Shown here one piece after another: positions 58,602-64,000 of a stretch of DNA of 64,000 nucleotides. The notes beneath the pieces are model-generated. The model was not told the origin of the DNA. It saw only the letters and a list, made by a program, of their open reading frames with translations, and did not search any database. A program made the translations under genes and the position numbers. The first letter of the stretch is position 1. Every line of letters starts with the position of its first letter. Location of the stretch: the NCBI GenBank assembly GCA_963783385.1, contig CAWANJ010000009.1:608001-672000 (forward strand), written 5' to 3'. This stretch comes from an uncultured Gemmatimonadales bacterium (GTDB taxonomy: Bacteria; Gemmatimonadota; Gemmatimonadetes; Palauibacterales; Palauibacteraceae).

Positions 58602-60167
58602 GTGTCGGTCCGAACCCGCCTGGTCTCCACCCTGGGCCTGGTCGTGGTCCTGCTGGTCCTTCCGGCCATCTACGGCGTCGTCCGCCTGAGAGAGGTCCGC
58701 GACATCGCTCTGGAGCTCCAGGGCCGCGACGCCGCCGCGTCCCTGGCCGTGGGTCGACTCGAAGCCGCCCTCGGTGAGCTCGACTGGTCCGAGCGCTCCT
58801 ACATCGCGGTGCAGGCCGAGGCCGCCCGAAGCAACATGTACGCGGCCCTCGATAGTGCCAGCCGGGCGGTTCGGGACCTGCGTCAATCGGGCTTCGAACC
58901 CGAGGCCCGACCCACCACCGCCCTCCTGACCGTGCTCGGCAAGTCGACCGCTCGAACGGAGGCGCTCGTCCGTGCTGGCAGGGTGTCCGCCGCCACGGAA
59001 GCGTTCGAGGCGCTCAAGCCGTTGTTCGACCGGGCCCGCGGCTCCCTGCCCCCGCTGGCCGAGGCCATCGATCGGAGAGGCGCCGACGCCGCCGAACGGG
59101 CCCGGCGCCTGAGCAGCGCGGCGGCTCGCGGAACGCTCGTCGCGCTCGTCGCCGCCAGCGTGCTGGTGGTGCTGGTCGGGAGCTGGCTAACCGGCTCCCT
59201 GACCGTGCCCATCCGGCGGCTGGGGCGTGCCACCCGGCGGGTCGCGCGCGGCGAGTTCGACGCCCCGTCCGACCTTCCCTACGACCGGCGCGACGAATTC
59301 GGGGAGCTGAGCCGGTCCTTCCGGGCCATGACCGAGCAGCTGGACGAGCTCGTGCGTCTGCGGGCGGACTTCGTGGGCATGGCATCCCACGAGCTCAAGA
59401 CGCCGCTCAACGTGATGGCGGGCTACAGCGAGATGCTCGCCGCCGGCGAGTACGGCGTGCTGTCCCCCGCGCAGCGACGCGCGGTGCAGCAGATCCGCGA
59501 GCAGTCGGGGATCCTCGACCGGCTGGTCCGCCAACTCCTGGACATGAGCCGCCTGGAGAGCGGCTCCTTCGCGGTGGAGATGGAGCCCGTGCGAGTGAGA
59601 CACCTCCTCCGGCAACTGGAGGAGAGCTTCCGGCCGCTCGCCTCGCGGCGCGGCGTCGCCTTCACCGTGAGGGCGGAGCCCACGACCCCGGCCGCGCTCG
59701 AAGCCGACGTGGACCGTCTGCGCAACGAGGTGTTCGGAAACCTGCTCTCCAACGCCTTCAAGTTCACGCCCCGTGGCGGCTCGGTCGCGGTGACGGCGCG
59801 CGGAGACCCCGGCGCAATCCTGTTCGAGGTCGCGGACACCGGCCCCGGCATCCTGCCCGAGCACCTCGCCCTCATCTTCGAGAAGTACTATCAGCCCACG
59901 CGAGAAGCCCGCGCCCTGGGTACGGGCCTCGGCCTCGCCATCGCCCGGGACGTGGTGATCGCCCACGGGGGAACGATCGAGGTGGACAGCGCTCCCGGCT
60001 CGGGAAGCCGATTCCGGGTCACGCTTCCGGTGGCTGGTCCGGGACACGGCGGCCGGAGGCGCGTAGGCCACGAGACGACCCCCGGCGATGGCGCCGGAGG
60101 CGGCGGCTCGCCACCCTCTCTCGACAACACGCGGCTCGGCCGCCCCTCCAACCGGAGCAGAGCATGA
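58602..60167 (+). CDS. Membrane sensor histidine kinase (periplasmic helical domain, HAMP)
   Basis: Two TM segments, HAMP (DEFGELSRSF), SHELKTPL, NLLSNAFKF, DTGPGI, GTGLGL. Confidence 0.95.
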   Translation: MSVRTRLVSTLGLVVVLLVLPAIYGVVRLREVRDIALELQGRDAAASLAVGRLEAALGELDWSERSYIAVQAEAARSNMYAALDSASRAVRDLRQSGFEPEARPTTALLTVLGKSTARTEALVRAGRVSAATEAFEALKPLFDRARGSLPPLAEAIDRRGADAAERARRLSSAAARGTLVALVAASVLVVLVGSWLTGSLTVPIRRLGRATRRVARGEFDAPSDLPYDRRDEFGELSRSFRAMTEQLDELVRLRADFVGMASHELKTPLNVMAGYSEMLAAGEYGVLSPAQRRAVQQIREQSGILDRLVRQLLDMSRLESGSFAVEMEPVRVRHLLRQLEESFRPLASRRGVAFTVRAEPTTPAALEADVDRLRNEVFGNLLSNAFKFTPRGGSVAVTARGDPGAILFEVADTGPGILPEHLALIFEKYYQPTREARALGTGLGLAIARDVVIAHGGTIEVDSAPGSGSRFRVTLPVAGPGHGGRRRVGHETTPGDGAGGGGSPPSLDNTRLGRPSNRSRA

Positions 60168-63100
60168 AGGCCGTTCGAGGTTTCGGTGCACTCGCGTACG
60201 CCGTGGCGCTCCTCGTCGCCTCGGGCGTTGTCCCCGCGACCGTCGGGGCGCAGGCCTGGGGCCCGGCCGACTCCGCCCGCATCACCGGACCTGCGCTGGC
60301 GCTCGCTGGGTCCCGCGATCGCCGGCGGGCGGGTGACCGCCATCACGGTCGACCCCCGCGACGCCGACGTCATCTACGTGGGCTCGGCGTCGGGCGGCGT
60401 GTTCAAGACGACGAACGACGCGGCCACCTGGACGCCCGTGTTCGACCACGCCTCCAACCTCTCGGTGGGCGCCATCGCGCTGGCCCCCTCCGACCCGGAC
60501 GAGGTGTGGGTCGGGACGGGAGAGGCCAACAACCGGAACAGCTCGCCGTTCGGCGCCGGCCTGTACCGGAGCCTCGACGGCGGACAGTCGTTCGAGCTTC
60601 GTGGGACTCGGCCCGACGCGTCAGATCGGCCGCATCGCCGTGGACCCGAGGGACCCGGACGTCGTCTACGTGGCGGCGCTCGGACACCTGTTCGGCCCCA
60701 ACCCGGAGCGCGGGCTGTACCGGACCCGCGACGGCGGCAAGACGTGGGAGAAGGTCCTGTACATCGACGACAACACGGGCGTCGTCGATGTCGCCCTCAA
60801 CCCGGCCAATCCGAATATCGTCTACGCCGCCGCCTACCAGCGTCGGCGGCGGGCGTGGGGCTTCGACGGCGGCGGGCCCGGGAGCGGCATCTACCGGAGC
60901 GTGGACGGCGGGGACAGCTGGGAGAAGCTCACGAAGGGCCTCCCGCCCGGCGCGAAGGGTCGCATCGGCCTGGCCACCTGGGCCGGCGACCCGAACCTCG
61001 TCCTGGCGCTCGTCCAGGCGCGCGGGCGGCGGGCTGTTCCGCTCCGAGGACCGCGGAACCACGTGGTCAAGGCTGAACGACCTCGACCCGCGTCCCATGT
61101 ACTACAGCCAGGTGCGGATCGACCCCACCGACCGCGACCGGATCTACGTCCTCGGGACGCGGCTGTACCGATCGGAGGACGGCGGCAAGAGCTTCCACAC
61201 GCTGGGGCTGGAGAAGGACTACAACCTGGGCGCGCACGTCGACAACCACGCCCTGTGGATCGACCCGCGCGACTCCCGCCACCTCCTCCTCGGCAACAAT
61301 GGCGGCTTCTACGCCTCGCGCGACCGCGGCACGACGTGGCGCTTCCCCGCCAACCTCCCCATCGAGCAGTTCTACGACGTCGCCCTCGACATGGACACGC
61401 CCTACCACATCTACGGGGGTCTCCAGGACAACAACTCCTACGAGGGGCCGAGCGCCACCCGCCGCTGGCAGGGCATCATGAACCGGGACTGGTCGGTGGT
61501 CGATTTCGGCGACGGCATGTACGCGGCCGCCGACCCGACCGATCCCCACGTCGCCTACGCCAGCTCGCAGGGGGGCGCCATCCTCCGCATCGACCCGATC
61601 ACGGGGGACCGGAAGTCGATCCAGCCCGTGCCTCCCGACACCAGCACGCACTACCGGTTCGACTGGACCTCGCCGATCCTGCTCTCCCCCCACGACCCGA
61701 ACACGGTCTACCTGGGCGGGAACCGGCTGTTCATCTCGCACGACCGCGGCGACTCGTGGACGGCCACGAAGGACCTGTCGCGGGGGATCCCGCAGGACAG
61801 TCTGCCGATCATGGGAGGTCTCACCGACTCGACCACCCTGTCCCGGAACGACGGGACGGCGAGCTACGGCGAGATCACCACGATCTCCGAGTCGCCCGTC
61901 CAGGCCGGGGTCCTGTGGGCCGGCACCGACGACGGCAACGTCCAGGTGAGCCGGGACGACGGGAAGACGTGGACCGAGGTCGGAGGCCGGCTGCCGGGCG
62001 TCCCGCGCCGCATGGTCGTGAGCCGCGTGGAGGCCTCCCACGCCGCGGCGGGCCGCGCCTACGTGAGCCTGGACGGGCACTGGGACGACGACTACCGGCC
62101 GTGGCTGTTCGTGACCGACGACTACGGTCGGAGCTGGAAGAGCCTGGGCGCCGGCCTGGCCGCCGACTCGGCCACCACGGTGGACGTCGTGCGCGAGCAC
62201 CCCGACAATCCGAACCTCCTGCTCGTCGGCGCCGAGAACGGCGTGTACGCGTCGCTGGACGCGGGCGTGCACTGGTTCCGGCTCGGCCTGGGCATGCCGC
62301 ACGTGGCCGTCAAGGACCTGGAGATCCACCCGCGCGACGACGACCTGGTGGCCGCCAGCCACGGTCGCGGCGTGTGGATCCTGGACGACATCGGGGCCCT
62401 GGCCGGGATGAGCCCGGCCGTGGCGGCCGCGCCGCTCCACGTCTTCTCCGTCCGCCCCTCGACCCTGTTCCAGTACCGGAACGGGGTGCCGCCCCTGGGC
62501 GAGGAGGCGTTCATGGCCCCCAACCCGCCGTTCGGGGCCGTGATCGACTACTCCCTGGCGTCGGATCTCCCCGGCGGCGTGTCGGTCAGGTTCCGGGACG
62601 CGCGCGACAGCGTCGTCCGGACCCTGCACGGACCGTCCACGGCCGGCATCCACCGCCTCGTCTGGGACCTGCGCCGGGACCCGCTCCCCATGGACACCAC
62701 GCGCTTCGAGCCGCCCGCGCTGGACGTGGGGCCGCAGGGCCCCCTCGTGATGGCGGGGCGCTACACGGCGGAGCTCGACGCGCTGGGCGACACGGCCACG
62801 ACCACGCTGGAGGTGCGCACCGACCCCCTGCATCCCGTTCCCGAGGCGGAGCAGGAGGCTCGCTACGCGTTCACGCTGGCGCTCTACCGGCTGGAGCGCC
62901 GCGCCTACGACGCCGCCCTCCGCTCGCGGGCCCTGCGCGAGGGCGCCACGGCCGCCGTGAAGGCCTTCCGCGACCGGAAGCCCGCCGACGCCGCGGTGCT
63001 GGCGCGGGTCGACTCCATGGCCCGGGTAGTGTCGAAGCCCGACCGGGAGATCGCCCGGGTCAACCTGTCGCTCCGCAACTGGTGGCGGGGCCTGATCGGC

Positions 63101-63391
63101 CAGTTCGACGGGGGCTCCTCCACGCAGGGCACGATGACCGGGCCCACCCCGGGCCAGGAGCGCAGGCTGGGCTGGCTAAGGGACCGGCTGACGACGGCGC
63201 TCGGCGACCTGGACGAGGCGATCGGGAAGACCCTGCCGGAGCTCAACCGGGCGCTGGCGACCGAGCAGGTGCTGCCCGTGCAGGCGCCGCCGGCGGCCGA
63301 GGCAGACTCGGAGTCCGGCCGCGCCGGGGGCCCCGCGGCGACAGCGGCACAGCCGGCGATGGCGGCTCAGCCTGCGGCGGGCGGAGGCTGA
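60164..63391 (+). CDS. Exported VPS10/BNR-repeat beta-propeller ('glycosyl hydrolase'-type) protein, with three apparent +1 frameshifts (~60287, ~60598, ~61024)
   Basis: LRWRSLGP..GGRV, many SxDxGxT/SW Asp-boxes, YGGLQDN, GTDDG, HGRG. Three +1 insertions restore the original frame, so the 1075-aa ORF is wrong between about 60287 and 61024. Confidence 0.88.
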   Translation: MKAVRGFGALAYAVALLVASGVVPATVGAQAWGPADSARITGPALALAGSRDRRRAGDRHHGRPPRRRRHLRGLGVGRRVQDDERRGHLDARVRPRLQPLGGRHRAGPLRPGRGVGRDGRGQQPEQLAVRRRPVPEPRRRTVVRASWDSARRVRSAASPWTRGTRTSSTWRRSDTCSAPTRSAGCTGPATAARRGRRSCTSTTTRASSMSPSTRPIRISSTPPPTSVGGGRGASTAAGPGAASTGAWTAGTAGRSSRRASRPARRVASAWPPGPATRTSSWRSSRRAGGGLFRSEDRGTTWSRLNDLDPRPMYYSQVRIDPTDRDRIYVLGTRLYRSEDGGKSFHTLGLEKDYNLGAHVDNHALWIDPRDSRHLLLGNNGGFYASRDRGTTWRFPANLPIEQFYDVALDMDTPYHIYGGLQDNNSYEGPSATRRWQGIMNRDWSVVDFGDGMYAAADPTDPHVAYASSQGGAILRIDPITGDRKSIQPVPPDTSTHYRFDWTSPILLSPHDPNTVYLGGNRLFISHDRGDSWTATKDLSRGIPQDSLPIMGGLTDSTTLSRNDGTASYGEITTISESPVQAGVLWAGTDDGNVQVSRDDGKTWTEVGGRLPGVPRRMVVSRVEASHAAAGRAYVSLDGHWDDDYRPWLFVTDDYGRSWKSLGAGLAADSATTVDVVREHPDNPNLLLVGAENGVYASLDAGVHWFRLGLGMPHVAVKDLEIHPRDDDLVAASHGRGVWILDDIGALAGMSPAVAAAPLHVFSVRPSTLFQYRNGVPPLGEEAFMAPNPPFGAVIDYSLASDLPGGVSVRFRDARDSVVRTLHGPSTAGIHRLVWDLRRDPLPMDTTRFEPPALDVGPQGPLVMAGRYTAELDALGDTATTTLEVRTDPLHPVPEAEQEARYAFTLALYRLERRAYDAALRSRALREGATAAVKAFRDRKPADAAVLARVDSMARVVSKPDREIARVNLSLRNWWRGLIGQFDGGSSTQGTMTGPTPGQERRLGWLRDRLTTALGDLDEAIGKTLPELNRALATEQVLPVQAPPAAEADSESGRAGGPAATAAQPAMAAQPAAGGG

Positions 63392-64000
63392 AACGCGGCC
63401 CTGCTCAGGCGAGCGGCCGCGCAGGCCGCCTGCCCGTAGGACAGCCCCCCATCGTTGGGCGGAAAGGCCCCGGGGACCAGGGGCCGCAGGCCGGCCTCCG
63501 CGAGCAGAACCGCCGAGCGCTCCAGGAGCCGCACGTTCTGGAACACACCGCCCGACAGGACCACGCTCTGCAGGCCGCGGCGCGCGGCCTCGGCGCCGCA
63601 CGCCTCGGCCGTCCCGCGAGCGACTCCCTCGTGGAAGCGGGCGGCTACGTCCGGCACCGGCTCGCCACGCTCCAGGTCCGCGAGGAGCGCGCGCAGCGTG
63701 GCGCGCGCGTCCAGTAGCCCGGTGCCATCCGGGCCCTCGACGTAGGGGAGAGGGTACGGCCGGTCGCGCATCCCCGGCGCCGCCTCGCTCGCCGCCATCT
63801 CGAGCTCGATGGCCGCCTGCCCCTCGTAGGTGACCCGGAGCCGCACCCCGCACAGGGCCGAGGCCGCGTCGAACAGCCGCCCCATGCTGGTCGTGACCGG
63901 CGAGGCGAACCCGCTGCGGGCCAGACGGGCTACGTTCCTCCACTCGGTCTCGTCCACGCGGCCCTCGAAGACGGAGGGCAGGCCGGGAGCCGGCCCCGCC
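63367..64000 (-). CDS. hypF: [NiFe]-hydrogenase maturation carbamoyltransferase, 3' part
   Basis: TSMGRLFDA, YEGQAA, LSGGVFQN, PPNDGGLSYGQ. Confidence 0.95.
   Translation of the reverse strand, partial: AGPAPGLPSVFEGRVDETEWRNVARLARSGFASPVTTSMGRLFDAASALCGVRLRVTYEGQAAIELEMAASEAAPGMRDRPYPLPYVEGPDGTGLLDARATLRALLADLERGEPVPDVAARFHEGVARGTAEACGAEAARRGLQSVVLSGGVFQNVRLLERSAVLLAEAGLRPLVPGAFPPNDGGLSYGQAACAAARLSRAAFQPPPAAG

Noticed and set aside
63344-63379. Imperfect 18-nt tandem repeat encoding AAQPAMAAQPAA
   Set aside because: It has only two copies in a low-complexity protein tail and is not an array.
182-63717. Many long antisense or alternate-frame ORFs (e.g. 1204-3090 +, 35056-37677 +, 39339-41960 +, 42501-44867 -, 54944-57199 -)
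   Set aside because: They are shadow ORFs of high-GC codon usage: Arg/Gly/Pro/Ala-rich, without motifs, and overlapping well-identified genes.
1-64000. tRNA, rRNA, CRISPR array, IS/integrase, intein or selenocysteine recoding
   Set aside because: None was recognisable by eye; intergenic gaps are short and mostly explained by promoters. A tRNAscan or Rfam run would be needed to exclude short RNAs.

Overview
A very GC-rich (about 70% or more, by eye) bacterial core-chromosome segment. Gene order and protein style suggest Gemmatimonadota; this is an inference, with no search run. Bases 1-42 kb are mostly minus-strand housekeeping genes: nuoA-B-CD-E-F-G, dcd, mdh-sdhCDAB, moaDEA, an aminotransferase, HU/IHF, sppA, carA, rnhA, secG, gap-pgk-tpiA, comF, aroE, a YwlE-like phosphatase, tsaC, ispD, radA, dnaB, udg, coaBC, rpoZ, gmk, yicC, an outer-membrane plug-domain protein, pepA, icd and citrate synthase. 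Bases 42-64 kb are more accessory: two small orphan genes around an AT-rich tract, rocD, two PlsC-like acyltransferases flanking an ETF-quinone oxidoreductase, a DmpA peptidase, znuABC, FadL plus an SGNH lipoprotein, a tightly packed five-gene run (S46 peptidase, REC-HD-GYP regulator, lipoprotein, histidine kinase, VPS10-like propeller), and the 3' end of hypF. I saw no tRNA, rRNA, CRISPR array or mobile element. Ten +1 frameshifts interrupt genes, five of them as GATG to GAATG, and are probably sequencing errors. The best leads are: (i) a QseEG-like kinase/lipoprotein pair wired to an HD-GYP phosphodiesterase; (ii) enrichment of D-S/T-hydrophobic O-glycosylation-like sequons in exported proteins; (iii) a Rex-like operator at nuoA; (iv) an ETF-QO missing one Fe-S cysteine; (v) an unannotated 36-43 aa membrane protein.
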